Shown in pieces: positions 17,151 through 30,049 of a DNA stretch of 64,000 nt (position 1 is the stretch's first letter; every line of letters starts with the position of its first letter). This DNA is from Cyanobacteriota bacterium. GTDB taxonomy: Bacteria > Cyanobacteriota > Cyanobacteriia > Cyanobacteriales > Nostocaceae. The stretch lies in assembly GCA_046045965.1 (NCBI GenBank), contig JBJOKS010000008.1:64001-128000 (forward strand), given 5' to 3'. A program made the position numbers and the translations under genes. Under the pieces are notes generated by a model that was given only the letters and a program-made list of their open reading frames with translations, did no database searches and had not been told where the DNA came from.

Positions 17151-20100
17151 TTTATGTTTTCCCCTTTGAGGCTAGATAGTTTTTGGGCAAATAGGTTAGC
17201 AATTTCATCTTGAGACATTTCTTGTAATTGATCTTTGAATTGATCCAAGGAATCAGCCTCCGGCTCTGGGGCTTTTAAGTTAGAATCAGATGAAACAAAA
17301 AACTCCAGAGAAAGAACATCTGACACCAGATGATCCACCAGCTTTTCCAATGTAGGATAGTCAAACAGGACTGTAGAACTGATGGATTTCCCTAAACTGG
17401 ATTGGAGATGATTTCTCAACTCCACCGCCATCAAAGAATCTATTCCCAAGTCAAGTAACGATTCTCGTAACCCTATCTGCTTAGGTAATGTTACCCCCAA
17501 AACTTTGGCGGCTTGCTCCTGAACATGAATCACTAACAACTCCCGACGCTCTTCCACTGGAGTCACTTCCAGTCGCTGCATAAAATTGGACTTCCCTTTC
17601 CCCATATTTGACTGCCCCATCGTGGAAGTAAAAGCCTCCAAAAACGGCATCTTAGTCCCAATAGGTAACTGCTTCAAGAAATCAGACCAGTTGATTGACA
17701 AGACTCCCACCTGAGTAGCATCTTGTGCCAACAAGTCAGCCAATACCTGCAAACCTCCTTCAGCAGAAATGGGAATGAGTCCCTGAGTCAATATTCGATG
17801 CTGATGCTGACTTCCCAGACGTGCAGCCATTCCTCCTTCCGCCCACGGTCCCCAGTTAACACTCAGTCCCGGTAAACCCATTCCTCGTCGATAGTGAGCC
17901 AAGGCATCCATGAAAGCATTAGCGGCTGAATAATTCCCTTGACCTGGTGACCCCAGCACGGAAGCGATGGAAGAGAAACAAATGAAAAAGTCCAACGGTA
18001 GATGCTCAGTCAAGGTGTGCAGATACCAAGCCCCTTGGACTTTCGGTGCCATCACTTGTGTAAATCGCTCCCAACTCATCTGTTGCATTAAACCATCATC
18101 CAATACCCCCGCTGCATGAACTATACCTCGTAACGGTGGTAAAGATGTTTCGATTGACTCCAGAATTTTAGTCACATCTTCTGCTTGGGAGATATCCCCA
18201 CACAGAACTAATACCTGTACTCCTGCCTTTTGCAATTCTTCAATGCTTTGTTGAGACAAATCTGATGGCGGTTTACGTCCAGTAAGGACTAAATGTTTGG
18301 CTCCTTGTTCTGCCATCCACTTCGCTGTATGTAACCCCAGTGCGCCCAAACCCCCGGTAATTAAGTAACTGGCTTCGGGTTGAATCGAAGCTGGTTTTTC
18401 ATCAGTTTCATCAGCTTGTGGCATCGATACTACGACCTTGCCAATGTGTTTGCCTTGCTGCATATAGCGAAAAGCTTCCACAACCTGTTCGATGTCAAAG
18501 ACTTTATGAGGTAAAGGCTTTAAATAACCTTGTGCAAATTGCTGTCCCAAACAGTCCATGATTTGGGTAATTAAACCCGGATTTTCTTGAGCCACTTCCC
18601 CTAAGTCGAAGGGAAAATACTGAGCATCTGGTCTTTTCTGTTTGACCTGATCTTCATCCCAAATCCCAATTTTGCCAATTTCCACGAACCGCCCCCCGGG
18701 CGCTAAAACCTCAAAGCTCTTGGTAATAAATTCCCCATTCAGACTATTGAGTACCACATCCACACCCTGTCCCTGGGTAAGATGCATGACTTCTGCGGCA
18801 AAATCTAAAGTCCGGGAGTTCATCAGATGTTTCACACCCATAGATTTGAGAAATTCCCATTTGGAAGGGCTGGCCGTCGCAAATATTTCTGCTCCCGCTT
18901 GTTGTGCTATCTGCACTGCTGCTTGCCCCACTCCTCCTGCCGCAGCATGAATTAATACTCTGTCTCCTGGTTGAATTTTCGCTAGGTTATGTAACCCATG
19001 ATAAGCAGTGGAGAAGACTAAGGGAATGGTTGCTGCTGCAAATGAGTTCATCTGTTTGGGTTGAAGAACTACAAACTCGGCTCTGGCGGTGATAAAACTA
19101 CTCAAAGCACCAGGCAGAAGGTTGGCCATCACTTCATCCCCCACTTGCAAATGAGAAACCCCTTCTCCAACTGCCACAATTGTGCCGGCACATTCAAACC
19201 CAAAAGTCAGTTGTTCGGCACTGGTAATGCCGAGATGTTGGGCATAGTAATCTTTCAGCAGCCCTAAAGCATTCAGTACATCGCGGAAATTCAGTCCTAC
19301 AGTTTTCACTCTTATTTCCACTTCCTGTGGACCTGGGGAGCGACGTTCCATTGGTTGTAAGCTGAGATTGTCTAACAACCCATATTCTGATAACTTCAGT
19401 TGGAATGGTTGTTGCGAGGAAATTTCTAATCTGCCTTGTGTGGATCTTAGAGCTTTTTGTTGCCGTGTTAACCTGGCAACATGACGTACCTGTTGACGGT
19501 AAGCGATTTGGTTTTCATCACCAGGGGATAATAATTCCTGCAACAAAGTTGGTACTGCTTGGAAATCTTCTCCAGCAGGATCTAAGTCTAAACACCGACA
19601 TTGTAATTCCCCATTTTCCTGGGCAATTGTTCGCCCCAGTCCCCACAGTGGGCTTTGTTGAAACTGTATATTATGTGACTTATTACCCACTGATTGAGCG
19701 CCTTGAGTCACTAGCCACAATGCAGGGGGATTTTTTATTTGTTGATTTTTGACTATAGCTTGTACTAAGTGAAGTACGCTGCCACAACCCAATTCTTGGG
19801 ACTTTTGCAACTCCTGTGCCGATGTTGGTGTTGTTAGTGTTGCTTGTAAACTCCACAGATGGACAATTCCTCGTAATGGGGGTTGCTGCTCTAAGCTCTC
19901 TTGCAATAGGCGCGGGAATTCACTGACATTAATCGGATTGATTTGATAATGATGGGATGCTAACTGCTGATAATTCTCCCCTGGTGTCACTAAGATACAA
20001 TGCTGACCTTGTTTTTCTAAGGATTCTGCCAGTTGTTTGCCTATACCTGTGGGTGGGGAAAACAGTAGCCAGCTACCTGGTTTTGTTAAGTCAATGGATT

Positions 20101-23100
20101 GGTTTGCCGGTGACGTTGATTGCGGTTGCCAATGGATTTGATATAACCAATTACTGACATCTGGTCTGAGAGTATTTAGTAAGGCTTGGCGAGAAGTACG
20201 TAATACGGTTAAACCTTCTACTTGAGCTACTACTATTCCCTGTTCATCCAATATCCGGACAACACCTGTCAACGTTCGTTCATTGGTTTTGATTGCACCT
20301 ATCTCTACTTGCGTCCACAGATGATTACTAGCAGGACGATAAACTTGTAGCCGTTTTATGTTGACTGGTAAGTAAGTACTCTGATTTTCAGTTTCATCAA
20401 AAGCAGCAGCCAACAGATGGAAACTAGCATCTAACAGCACGGGGTGCAGTTGGTATTTTGTTGCTTCTGGGACTAAGGTTTCTGGTAACTGAATTTTACC
20501 TAGTGCTTTTCCTTGACTGCGCCACAGTTGCTGAACAGCTTGGAAACTTGAACCGTAATCAATGCCTCTATCTCTATACTCTTGGTAGAAGTCTTGAGGT
20601 GATATTTGTTGATGATACTCGGCTTTAATGGCTTTTAAGTCCGTTTTTTCTAGTTCATCATCCTGATCCCCTGCCAGCAATTTTCCTTGTGCATGTAGAA
20701 TCCACCTCGATTCTGACTTCTGAGAATCCATCTCCAGACTCAAAATCTCGAAACTATAAGTTTGCGCTTCTTGTGGGGTTAATACAACCTGAATCGTTTT
20801 GATTTCATCTTCTGATAAAATCAGTGCTTGTTGAATAACAACATCTTCTAGGATTAAATTTTCTGATTTGAATAAAGTTGCACCTGCTGCTAAAGCTATT
20901 TCTAGATAACCTGCTCCTGGAAAAACGGGTTTAGAAAAAACACAATGGTGTTGCAGGTAAGTCGGATGGGAAGCACTGAGAAGGCACTGAAAACGAATTT
21001 GCTGTTCTAAGCCAGCTAAATACAATCTCTGACCAAGTAGAGGGTGAAGATTCTCATGGTTTGATAAAAATTGGGTTTTATTCGTCAGATTATTATCTGT
21101 CTCCCAATACCGTTGCCGTTGAAAGGGATAGGTGGGCAACACCACTTTACTATGGGAATAATCTTGCTCAAAGCCTAACCAATCTACTTTCATTCCCCGC
21201 ACATATAATTCTCCCAAGCTCTGTAGTATTTGTTGCCAGTCTTCTTGACCCGAACGCAAAGAAGGCAACCAAACCCCAACTCCTTCTGGCAAACACTGTC
21301 TTCCCATCCCTAACAATATTGGTTTGGGTCCTATTTCTAGGAAGATTTCATAACCTTCTTGGTGCAATGTCTCCATGCTTTGGGCGAATTTCACTGGTTG
21401 GCAGACATGATTTACCCAGTAGCTGGCTGTGGTAATACTCTCGTCGGCTCTTGCTCCTGTGACATTCGATATCAATGGAATCCGAGGTTGATGGTAGGTT
21501 ATTTGATTGGCTACTGCTTCAAATTCCGCTAACATCGGTTCCATTAAGGGTGAATGAAAAGCATGAGATACTTGTAGCTGTTTGGTCTTGATTCCTTCTG
21601 CTTCTAAGCTCTCCCTCAGTTTTCCAATGGCTTCTGCTTCACCAGAAATGACAATGCTCACAGGTCCGTTGATGGCAGCTATGGCCACTTTTTCTGTGTA
21701 TGGGGCAATCAGTTGATTTACTTTCTCTGGGGATGCCATCACAGCTAACATCTCACCACCGTGAGGTAACTGCTGCATTAACCGTCCCCGATGGGCTATC
21801 AGTTTGAGTCCATCTTCTAAACTAAATACTCCTGCTACACAAGCTGCGACATATTCCCCAACACTATGACCCATCACCCCATTTGGTTTCATCCCCCAAG
21901 ATTCCCATAACTTAGCCAGGGCATATTCAACGGCAAATAAGGCAGGTTGAGTATACGCGGTTTGGTCTAGCAAAGAGGAGCTTGACGCTTCCTGCGTGTT
22001 AGGATAAATAATTTCTAGAAGTGTATGTTCCAGATAGGAACTGAGGATTTGCTCACATTGATCTAAAGCTTGGCGGAAAGTCGGCTGAGTTTCATACAGT
22101 TGTCGCCCCATGTTCAGATATTGGCTACCTTGACCTGTGAATAGGAAGGCTACTTTGGGCGCACTGCTACTACTTGGTAGTTGTTCTGAAGATATTCCTG
22201 CTGCTTCTGACCCGGCTTTGTGTTGCAGAAGTTTTTCTGTTAGTTCCTGTTGGTCAGAGGCGATAATGGCTAGACGATGGTTGAAGTGGGCGCGTCCAGT
22301 ATTGGCTGTATAACATACATCTGCAACTGCTAATTCTGGATGAGTTTCTAAATGATGTTGATAACGACTGACTAAATCTTCAAGGGCTGTTTCTGTTTTT
22401 GCCGATAAGGTTAATATATGGAGTGGACGTTCTAAATTATCTTCACTTTTGCCTGGGGATTTTTGATTTTTGACTGGCTCAGGAAATTCTTCCAAAACTA
22501 TATGGGCATTAGTGCCTCCCATGCCAAAAGAACTAATCCCTGCTATTCTTGCTTGACCTGGACAAGACCAAGGCATTAATGAGGTAGGAATTTTTATCGG
22601 TAATTTATCCCAATCTACATGGGGGTTAGGTTGTTTAAAGTGTAAATGAGGTGGAATTTGCTGATGCCCAAGTGCTAAAACCACCTTAATCAAAGCTGAT
22701 ACACCTGCTGCTGCTTCTAAATGCCCAAGATTAGTCTTTACTGAGCCAACAACCAAAGGTTGATCCACTGGACGATTTTTGCCGTATATTGCTGCTAGAG
22801 CTTCTATCTCTATGGGATCTCCTAAAGAAGTTCCTGTGCCGTGAGCCTCGACATAGGTTATTTGATGGGGTTCTAACTTGGCATTTGTCAGTGCTTCTTG
22901 AATGACCTGTTTCTGAGCCATTCTATTGGGAACTGTGAAAGCACTACTTGGTCCATCGTGGTTAACAGCAGACCCTCGAATCACTGCTGAGATTAAATCA
23001 CCATCAGCAATAGCATCGGATAAACGCTTTAAAACTACAACACCACATCCTTCTCCCTGACCATAACCATTGGCAGAGGCATCAAAAGTCTTGCAACGAC

Positions 23101-23875
23101 CATCTGGAGATAGTGCTTTTAATTGGCAGCGACCTATCGTGCTGGTGGGCGCTAAGATCAGATTGACTCCACCTACTAATGCTAAGTTGGATTCTCCTGA
23201 ACGCAAGCTCTGAGAAGCCAGATGGATAGCAACTAGAGAACTTGAACAAGCTGTGTCTATCTGTATATTAGAGCCTTGTAAACCCAATAGATGAGAAATA
23301 CGACCGACACCAACACTTCTACTCTTACCGAGAGCAGAGTAAGTACCAGCACTTTGATTTTGGTGCATGATACTCAAGGCAGAATAGTCATCTGTGGAGA
23401 TGCCGATGAAAACACTTGTCTTGCTATTCTTCAGGTTAGCCCATGTTTGTCCGGCATTTTCCAGTGCTTCCCATGTCACTTCCAACAGTAGTCTGTACTG
23501 AGGATCTAAACTAATTGCTTCCCGAGGAGAAATTCCAAAAAATAGGGGATCAAACTGGTCAAATTGATCAATAAATCCCCCCTCTTTGGTGTAGGTTTTT
23601 CCAGCAACTTCTGGGTCTGGATCGTAATAAGCATTAACATCCCAACGCTGAGGAGGCACTGGTGTAATGGCATCTATGCCATCATGTAATAAGTTCCAGT
23701 ATGTCGATAGGTCATTAGCACCACCAGGAAATCGACAGGCCATGCCAACAATAGCGATTGGTTCGGTTTTGGCTTTATTTACTGCTTCCAGCTTACTTCG
23801 CATTTCTTTGAGAGCTTGAAGCACTGCTTGAGATGAGAAATTTTGTTGGGTTGTTTGAGAAATATCACTAGCCAT
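17147..23875 (-). CDS. Type I PKS fully reducing module KS-AT-DH-ER-KR-ACP (CurK-like)
   Basis: KS triad; AT GHSVG/HAFH; DH HPLLG...[10 protein letters not shown] and [39 protein letters not shown]. The stop overlaps the next start (ATGA). Confidence 0.95.
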   Translation of the reverse strand: MASDISQTTQQNFSSQAVLQALKEMRSKLEAVNKAKTEPIAIVGMACRFPGGANDLSTYWNLLHDGIDAITPVPPQRWDVNAYYDPDPEVAGKTYTKEGGFIDQFDQFDPLFFGISPREAISLDPQYRLLLEVTWEALENAGQTWANLKNSKTSVFIGISTDDYSALSIMHQNQSAGTYSALGKSRSVGVGRISHLLGLQGSNIQIDTACSSSLVAIHLASQSLRSGESNLALVGGVNLILAPTSTIGRCQLKALSPDGRCKTFDASANGYGQGEGCGVVVLKRLSDAIADGDLISAVIRGSAVNHDGPSSAFTVPNRMAQKQVIQEALTNAKLEPHQITYVEAHGTGTSLGDPIEIEALAAIYGKNRPVDQPLVVGSVKTNLGHLEAAAGVSALIKVVLALGHQQIPPHLHFKQPNPHVDWDKLPIKIPTSLMPWSCPGQARIAGISSFGMGGTNAHIVLEEFPEPVKNQKSPGKSEDNLERPLHILTLSAKTETALEDLVSRYQHHLETHPELAVADVCYTANTGRAHFNHRLAIIASDQQELTEKLLQHKAGSEAAGISSEQLPSSSSAPKVAFLFTGQGSQYLNMGRQLYETQPTFRQALDQCEQILSSYLEHTLLEIIYPNTQEASSSSLLDQTAYTQPALFAVEYALAKLWESWGMKPNGVMGHSVGEYVAACVAGVFSLEDGLKLIAHRGRLMQQLPHGGEMLAVMASPEKVNQLIAPYTEKVAIAAINGPVSIVISGEAEAIGKLRESLEAEGIKTKQLQVSHAFHSPLMEPMLAEFEAVANQITYHQPRIPLISNVTGARADESITTASYWVNHVCQPVKFAQSMETLHQEGYEIFLEIGPKPILLGMGRQCLPEGVGVWLPSLRSGQEDWQQILQSLGELYVRGMKVDWLGFEQDYSHSKVVLPTYPFQRQRYWETDNNLTNKTQFLSNHENLHPLLGQRLYLAGLEQQIRFQCLLSASHPTYLQHHCVFSKPVFPGAGYLEIALAAGATLFKSENLILEDVVIQQALILSEDEIKTIQVVLTPQEAQTYSFEILSLEMDSQKSESRWILHAQGKLLAGDQDDELEKTDLKAIKAEYHQQISPQDFYQEYRDRGIDYGSSFQAVQQLWRSQGKALGKIQLPETLVPEATKYQLHPVLLDASFHLLAAAFDETENQSTYLPVNIKRLQVYRPASNHLWTQVEIGAIKTNERTLTGVVRILDEQGIVVAQVEGLTVLRTSRQALLNTLRPDVSNWLYQIHWQPQSTSPANQSIDLTKPGSWLLFSPPTGIGKQLAESLEKQGQHCILVTPGENYQQLASHHYQINPINVSEFPRLLQESLEQQPPLRGIVHLWSLQATLTTPTSAQELQKSQELGCGSVLHLVQAIVKNQQIKNPPALWLVTQGAQSVGNKSHNIQFQQSPLWGLGRTIAQENGELQCRCLDLDPAGEDFQAVPTLLQELLSPGDENQIAYRQQVRHVARLTRQQKALRSTQGRLEISSQQPFQLKLSEYGLLDNLSLQPMERRSPGPQEVEIRVKTVGLNFRDVLNALGLLKDYYAQHLGITSAEQLTFGFECAGTIVAVGEGVSHLQVGDEVMANLLPGALSSFITARAEFVVLQPKQMNSFAAATIPLVFSTAYHGLHNLAKIQPGDRVLIHAAAGGVGQAAVQIAQQAGAEIFATASPSKWEFLKSMGVKHLMNSRTLDFAAEVMHLTQGQGVDVVLNSLNGEFITKSFEVLAPGGRFVEIGKIGIWDEDQVKQKRPDAQYFPFDLGEVAQENPGLITQIMDCLGQQFAQGYLKPLPHKVFDIEQVVEAFRYMQQGKHIGKVVVSMPQADETDEKPASIQPEASYLITGGLGALGLHTAKWMAEQGAKHLVLTGRKPPSDLSQQSIEELQKAGVQVLVLCGDISQAEDVTKILESIETSLPPLRGIVHAAGVLDDGLMQQMSWERFTQVMAPKVQGAWYLHTLTEHLPLDFFICFSSIASVLGSPGQGNYSAANAFMDALAHYRRGMGLPGLSVNWGPWAEGGMAARLGSQHQHRILTQGLIPISAEGGLQVLADLLAQDATQVGVLSINWSDFLKQLPIGTKMPFLEAFTSTMGQSNMGKGKSNFMQRLEVTPVEERRELLVIHVQEQAAKVLGVTLPKQIGLRESLLDLGIDSLMAVELRNHLQSSLGKSISSTVLFDYPTLEKLVDHLVSDVLSLEFFVSSDSNLKAPEPEADSLDQFKDQLQEMSQDEIANLFAQKLSSLKGENIK

Positions 23876-23876
23876 T

Positions 23877-26800
23877 TTAGTTCTCCTCCTTTAGCAAAGC
23901 CTGGATTTCTTGTAATTCTGCCGCGATCGCAATATCAATTTCCTCTGGCGTTTCCCTATTGGGAGGAGGTACATTTGGCAGATTTTGACTGTTTTTAAGT
24001 TCAAGTTCTTGGTCTTGACCTTCTGGGAAAATTTCCTTAATTAAGTATTCTGCCAAGTCTTGGATATTAGAAGTCTCAAACAATGTAGCCGTACTAATAG
24101 AACAACCAAAAGTAGAACTCAACAGATTTCTCAATTCGACAGCAATCAATGAATCCATTCCCATTCTAAAGAATCCTAATTCTGGCTGAGGAAGTTGAGA
24201 TTTCGAGAATCCTAATAAGTTACCTATTTTTACTTGAAGATAATGAATCATAATTTGGTGGCGTTCAATCTCGACTGCTGCTTTCAGTTGTTCCAAAACT
24301 TCTTGACTCTTGGTTTCTTTCTGTTGTTTTGAAACCAATGCTTCTAAGCATGGCATTTTTACACCACCAGGCAAATGTTCGGCAAATCTAGACCAATTGA
24401 TCGGAAATACTCCTACTTGACTGACTGGCTGTGATAATAGCTCTCCTAATATCTGTAATCCTTTTTCTTGAGTTATAAAACTCATTCCTGTTGCACGTAG
24501 CCGATTTTGATGTTGACTTCCTAGACGAGCTGCCATTCCCCCTTGCTCCCAAGCCCCCCAGTTGATGGTTAATCCTGGTAATCCCATGCTCTGACGATAG
24601 TAAGCTAAAGCATCCATAAAGGCATTCGCCGCCGCATAGTTTCCTTGACCTGCTGAACCAAGTAAGGATGTGATGGAGGAAAAACAAACAAAGAAGTCTA
24701 GTGGTAGTTTCTGAGTTAAGTGATGTAAATGCCAAGCTCCTTGTAATTTTGGAGCCATAACTTTCCGAAACCGCTCCCAGTTCATCTGCTGTAAAACACC
24801 ATCATCTATGATTCCTGCTGCATGAATCACACCTCGTAATGGTGCTGGAGATTCCTCAATCAGCTTCAGGATACTAGCGACATCTTGTTCCTCAGATATA
24901 TCTCCTAGTCTGACTGATATTTTTGCTCCTGTTTGTTCCAACTGCTGAATAGTTTCCTGGACTCTTGCTGAGGGGGGGCGACGTCCGGTTAATACTATAT
25001 GTCGCGCGCCCTGTTTAATCATCCATTGAGCTACTTCCAATCCCAAAGCTCCCAGACCACCAGTCACTAAATAACTTGCTTCTGGTTTTAGTGTTATTTG
25101 TTGCTGTTGTTCTGAGATTTGATCTGGCGATCGCCTGACTAATCTAGCTACATAACGCTCTTTTCCACGGATGGCTATTTGGTCTTCATCGTCAGGATTT
25201 AATATTTCCTTGGCTAATGCTTCTAATGTTTCTGAGCTTTGGGTTTGGTCTACATCAACTCGCCGACATTTTAGCTCTGGGTGTTCTAATGCTATCACCC
25301 GACCCAAACCCCATAAAGGTGCTTGCTGTACTTTTACTTGCTGTTGATTTTCTTCTACATTTTGTGTTTCTTGGGTCACTAACCATAGAGGTACTACTGA
25401 TCTCGGATCTGATCCCATTGCTTGCACTAAATGTAGTACACTTGCACACCCTAGTTCTTGAGCAGTTTCCAACTCTTCTGTTGAGGTATTAATACTCCAT
25501 AAATGAACGACTCCTACTAATTTATTTTGAGTAGTCAACAACTCTTTTATTAGTTGTTTAAACTCTTGGGCATTGGTGGGGTTCAGTTGATAGTGTTGCT
25601 TGTCTAACTGATTGTAGCTAGATCCAGGAGTGACGATGACACAATTCTGATTCTGTGCTTCTAAAACTGTTTTTAACTCTTGGGTTGGTTCGTCGGCAGC
25701 GAATATTAGCCAATTCCCTGTCTCCTTTGGTGAAATTGACTTTTTCTGGGGAGATTGCGTGACTTTCCATTTCAATTCGTAAACCCATTGTTTAACTGCC
25801 ACTTCTGAGTAAGATAACAGTTGACTTAGAATTTGTTGGTTCAACTGATAAATTTGCTGTTTGGGAATTTCCTCTTGTTTTTTAGCCGTTAATAATACAT
25901 AGCTGGCTAATCCTTTTCTGAGCAGCTTTCCTAACTGATTGTAGGAGCGAAAAGCAGATTTAATATTCTCGTCATGACTTTTTTGCTCTAATTCATGTAG
26001 ATTATCTTCAAATTCAGGATCTTCCAAATAGTTAGCTATTTCCTGACTGATATCTATGGCTTGAATGAGTTGCAGATGATTTGTTGATAGTTGCTCTACC
26101 CAATGCTGTTTGGTAATAAAGTAAGAGGAAGTTTCTTCATGGTCGATATCAAAGTCTCCATTGGCAATAAAATCTGCCATGACTAATAATCCTGCTTCCT
26201 GAAGATGCCTACTTATATTAGAAAATAACAGGGATTTATTTTTAATATGATGAGCTACTTCAAATCCAAATACTAGGTTATAGTGATCAGGAAATTCATC
26301 TTTGGAGCTATCTCGGTTAAAAACTTGGATCTGCTCTTGCAGTTGATAGGCATGAATTTGGCTTGTGGCAAATTTAGCTTGTTCACTGGAAATCGTATAA
26401 CCATTCAGTTGCAGGTGTGGGTAAGTTTTGCCTAATGTGATTAAATCTGAGCCATATCCACAACCAAAATCTAATACTTTCTGACAGGACGAGAAATCTA
26501 CTTGTGCAAAACACAGGTTTCTTAGCTCTTTCTGTGACTCTAGCAAAGCTGTTTGATATGTTGGGTTTTGATGGGGGTTGGTAAACACTTTTACCCAGCA
26601 AAAACCAGGGATAATTTCTGGTAATATCCCAAAGGTGATGAATTGTAGTGATTTACCTTCTGTCTGTTCTTCTTGGCTTAACTTTGCTTTACTAACTTCT
26701 GTAAAGGAATTATAGTAATCATGAACTACATTGCCTTTAAATTGAGAAGAATTTTGATGCCGCTCAGTTAAAATTCTGAGCAACTTGGGTAACAATTTTT

Positions 26801-29759
26801 GTTCGTCTTCCGTTAATTGTGCCGATAACTTCAGTTCTTGAGTTAATCCTTCTGTATCACCTTGATTCAGTAAGTTAACAACCAAACTTGAGCTTTCTTT
26901 GACAGTGTTCTCATATTTGCTTTTGGAAGTATCGATCCAATAACTTTCCCTCTGAAAGGGATAGGTGGGCAATGCTACCTTCTGACAGCTATACTCTTGC
27001 TCCAACCCTGACCAATTTACCTTCACTCCCTGCACATACAACTGCCCTAAACTTTCTAACATCTGCTGCCATTCTTCTTGAGGAGGACGCAGCGAAGGCA
27101 ACCAAACTCCCACTTCTTCTGGTAGACATTGATGCCCCATCCCCAGCAAAATGGGCTTGGGTCCGATTTCCAAGAACAGTTTATAACCTTGATCATGCAG
27201 AGTTTTCATACTCTCGGCAAACCGCACTGGTTGCGTGACATGATTCACCCAATATTCGGCAGTAGTCATTTCCGAATCCACTTGTTTGCCAGTGACATTA
27301 GAAATAAGTGGTATTCGAGGGTTGTTGTAGGTGACTTGTTTGGCTACAGCTTCAAACTCTGCCAGCATTGGTTCCATCAGAGGGGAGTGGAAAGCATGAG
27401 AGACCTGTAGGGGTTTGGTCTTCAGTCCCATAGCTTCTAACTTGCTACAAATATCTCTGATGACATGACTCACACCTGAAATCACGATGCTGTTGGGACC
27501 ATTGATGGCAGCTATAGCTACTTGTGAAGTATAGTCTGCTAGAGTCTCTCTTAAGAGCGATTCTGATGCCATCACTGAAACCATTTCTCCTCCTGGGGGC
27601 AACTGTTGCATTAACCGCCCCCTTGTCGCTATCAGTTTCAGAGCGTCTTCTAAACTAAAAATTCCTGCCACACAAGCTGCTACATATTCCCCGACACTGT
27701 GACCCATGACGACATCTGGCTTAATGCCCCAGGATTCCCATAACTTAGCTAGGGCATATTCAAAGGCAAATAGCGCAGGTTGGGTATAAGCGGTTTGGTC
27801 TAGTTGCTTTGATTTGGATTCATCTATAGTGTGAGGATAAAGAACTTCTAGTAGAGGATGTTCTAACTCCGTTCGGAGGATTTGGTCACATTGGTCTAGG
27901 GCTTGACGGAAAACTGGCTGTGTTTGATACAGTCGCCGTCCCATGTTTAGATATTGGCTCCCTTGTCCGGTGAAGAGGAATGCCACTTTGGGTACACTGG
28001 TGCTGCTAGGGAGTTCTTTTGAGAAGACTCCGGCTACTTCTTCTCCGGCAGCATAGTTGAGCAGTTTTTCGGCTAATTCCTGTTGGTTGTAGGCGATCAC
28101 GGCTAAACGATGGTTAAAGTGCGATCGCCCTGTGTTGGCAGTGTAACAAATGTTGGTGATCGGATCTTGTCTGTGAGTTTTCAGATGATTGTGATAAAGA
28201 CTGACTAACTCATCAAGAGCTTTTTCTGTTCTTGCTGACAGCGTTAATATATGTGGACGCTCTAAAGAATCCTCATGTTTAATTTTTGAAGTTTGAATTT
28301 TGATTTCAATTGGTGCTTCTTCTAGAACCAGATGAGCATTAACTCCACCAAAACCGAAGGAACTTATACCAGCCCGCCGTGGAATCACCTCTTTTGTTTC
28401 TGTCTCTAACTGCTGCCATTCTTGAGTTTCACAGACTATATAAAAGGGGCTACCCTCTAACTCAATGCGTGGATTTAATTGCTGAAAGTTAGTTATCTTG
28501 GGCAATTTCCTATGCTTCATTGCTAATAGGACTTTAATCACCCCAGCAATTCCAGATGCTGGTTCCAAATGCCCAATATTTGTTTTAACTGCTCCTAGTC
28601 CACAATAGGGCTTTTGCAAGCTGGGTAACTCATACTGCTGATGCAGCTTTCTAAAGCTTCGTTTCAGGGCATTAATTTCAATTGGGTCTCCCAAGGGTGT
28701 GCCAGTACCATGAGTTTCAATATAAGAGACTGTATTAGGAGCGATATTAGCTTTAGTATACGCAGCCAGAACCACTTGGGATTGGGCATAAATATTTGGA
28801 GAAGTTAGGGTTCGTGCCTTGCCACCATGATTGACAGCACTGCCTTTGATTACACCGTAGATGTGATCGTTGTCCTCAATCGCTTTGATCAGAGGCTTTA
28901 ATAAAATTACCCCTGCGCCTTCTCCCCTAACATAGCCATCTGCTTGACTGTCAAATGTTTTGCACTGTTCGGTGGGAGATAACATCCCCAATTGACTAAA
29001 GGAGATGTAACTTGTAGGCGTACACAAAACACTTACTCCACCCACCAGTGCCATCTCACATTCGGATTCTTTGATAGAATTGATGGCTTGATGAATTGCT
29101 ACTAGTGAACTGGAGCAAGCTGTGTCTACAGGTACACTAGGACCATGAAAATTGAAAAAGTAGGAAATTCGATTGGCAATGATGGTGGTATAAGTTCCTG
29201 TTGCAGTATGCCCTTCAATCAATTTTTCATCCTGGTACTGTAACTGATCGTAGTCATGGTTACAAACTCCAAGAAACACACCTACAGGACTACCAGACAG
29301 GTCTAATGGCGAATATCCAGCGTCTTCTAAACAAGACCAACTCAACTCCAGCATGATTCTTTGCTGAGGGTCCATGCGTTGCGCTTCTCTAGGGGAAATG
29401 CCGAAAAATTCGGCATCAAATTTGTCTACCCCTTCAATTATTCCTCCCCATTTACTGATGCTTTTGTGTGGCTCTTGAGGATTGGGAGAATAATACTTCT
29501 GCACATCCCACCTCTGGGGGGGAATTTCGGTGATGCTATTGACTCCTGCTTCCAGGTTGAGCCAGAATTGCTCGTAATTATTAGCTCCTGGAAAGCGACA
29601 ACCAATACCTATAATAGCGATAGCGAAGCGATCCGTAGGAATCGCTTCACTCTTGTGTTGCTCTGTTTCTTCAGTTTGGTTGGTTGGTTGCTTTTGTATT
29701 TCCACTTCTTGTTGACTGGAAGAAAAATTCTCTTGATCTTGTTGGGAATTTTGATTCAT
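23877..29759 (-). CDS. Type I PKS first module KS-AT-O-methyltransferase-KR-ACP
   Basis: [46 protein letters not shown] and GFEVAHH; KR IDD; ACP MGMDSL. No loading domain. Confidence 0.93.
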   Translation of the reverse strand: MNQNSQQDQENFSSSQQEVEIQKQPTNQTEETEQHKSEAIPTDRFAIAIIGIGCRFPGANNYEQFWLNLEAGVNSITEIPPQRWDVQKYYSPNPQEPHKSISKWGGIIEGVDKFDAEFFGISPREAQRMDPQQRIMLELSWSCLEDAGYSPLDLSGSPVGVFLGVCNHDYDQLQYQDEKLIEGHTATGTYTTIIANRISYFFNFHGPSVPVDTACSSSLVAIHQAINSIKESECEMALVGGVSVLCTPTSYISFSQLGMLSPTEQCKTFDSQADGYVRGEGAGVILLKPLIKAIEDNDHIYGVIKGSAVNHGGKARTLTSPNIYAQSQVVLAAYTKANIAPNTVSYIETHGTGTPLGDPIEINALKRSFRKLHQQYELPSLQKPYCGLGAVKTNIGHLEPASGIAGVIKVLLAMKHRKLPKITNFQQLNPRIELEGSPFYIVCETQEWQQLETETKEVIPRRAGISSFGFGGVNAHLVLEEAPIEIKIQTSKIKHEDSLERPHILTLSARTEKALDELVSLYHNHLKTHRQDPITNICYTANTGRSHFNHRLAVIAYNQQELAEKLLNYAAGEEVAGVFSKELPSSTSVPKVAFLFTGQGSQYLNMGRRLYQTQPVFRQALDQCDQILRTELEHPLLEVLYPHTIDESKSKQLDQTAYTQPALFAFEYALAKLWESWGIKPDVVMGHSVGEYVAACVAGIFSLEDALKLIATRGRLMQQLPPGGEMVSVMASESLLRETLADYTSQVAIAAINGPNSIVISGVSHVIRDICSKLEAMGLKTKPLQVSHAFHSPLMEPMLAEFEAVAKQVTYNNPRIPLISNVTGKQVDSEMTTAEYWVNHVTQPVRFAESMKTLHDQGYKLFLEIGPKPILLGMGHQCLPEEVGVWLPSLRPPQEEWQQMLESLGQLYVQGVKVNWSGLEQEYSCQKVALPTYPFQRESYWIDTSKSKYENTVKESSSLVVNLLNQGDTEGLTQELKLSAQLTEDEQKLLPKLLRILTERHQNSSQFKGNVVHDYYNSFTEVSKAKLSQEEQTEGKSLQFITFGILPEIIPGFCWVKVFTNPHQNPTYQTALLESQKELRNLCFAQVDFSSCQKVLDFGCGYGSDLITLGKTYPHLQLNGYTISSEQAKFATSQIHAYQLQEQIQVFNRDSSKDEFPDHYNLVFGFEVAHHIKNKSLLFSNISRHLQEAGLLVMADFIANGDFDIDHEETSSYFITKQHWVEQLSTNHLQLIQAIDISQEIANYLEDPEFEDNLHELEQKSHDENIKSAFRSYNQLGKLLRKGLASYVLLTAKKQEEIPKQQIYQLNQQILSQLLSYSEVAVKQWVYELKWKVTQSPQKKSISPKETGNWLIFAADEPTQELKTVLEAQNQNCVIVTPGSSYNQLDKQHYQLNPTNAQEFKQLIKELLTTQNKLVGVVHLWSINTSTEELETAQELGCASVLHLVQAMGSDPRSVVPLWLVTQETQNVEENQQQVKVQQAPLWGLGRVIALEHPELKCRRVDVDQTQSSETLEALAKEILNPDDEDQIAIRGKERYVARLVRRSPDQISEQQQQITLKPEASYLVTGGLGALGLEVAQWMIKQGARHIVLTGRRPPSARVQETIQQLEQTGAKISVRLGDISEEQDVASILKLIEESPAPLRGVIHAAGIIDDGVLQQMNWERFRKVMAPKLQGAWHLHHLTQKLPLDFFVCFSSITSLLGSAGQGNYAAANAFMDALAYYRQSMGLPGLTINWGAWEQGGMAARLGSQHQNRLRATGMSFITQEKGLQILGELLSQPVSQVGVFPINWSRFAEHLPGGVKMPCLEALVSKQQKETKSQEVLEQLKAAVEIERHQIMIHYLQVKIGNLLGFSKSQLPQPELGFFRMGMDSLIAVELRNLLSSTFGCSISTATLFETSNIQDLAEYLIKEIFPEGQDQELELKNSQNLPNVPPPNRETPEEIDIAIAAELQEIQALLKEEN

Positions 29760-30049
29760 TTCAACCCCTTACTCTGAGTGCGGAAACTTTTTAAGAATAT
29801 ATCCCTCTTCTGTCACTTTTCCTAACTAAATAAAGTGACTTAACCCTGGTAACACAATAGTTTTATTCCTAAGTAATGATTAGATAAATCACATTAGAAA
29901 ATAAAACCAAAAACCCATTCCCAGTGAGAGTTTTAAAAATTGTCTTCGATTGTTGTTTGCGGAAAGTGACAAAAGCGGGATCACCTCAAATATCACTTCT
30001 CACTGGGGATAAGAGAACTCGACACGGCTTTAATTCCAGCCCGGCGTTA

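Noticed and set aside
23877..29759. C-methyltransferase assignment for the MT domains
   Set aside because: They lack the LEIGAGTG and HAT motifs of PKS C-MTs. The DFGCG and FEVAHH motifs fit O-MTs.
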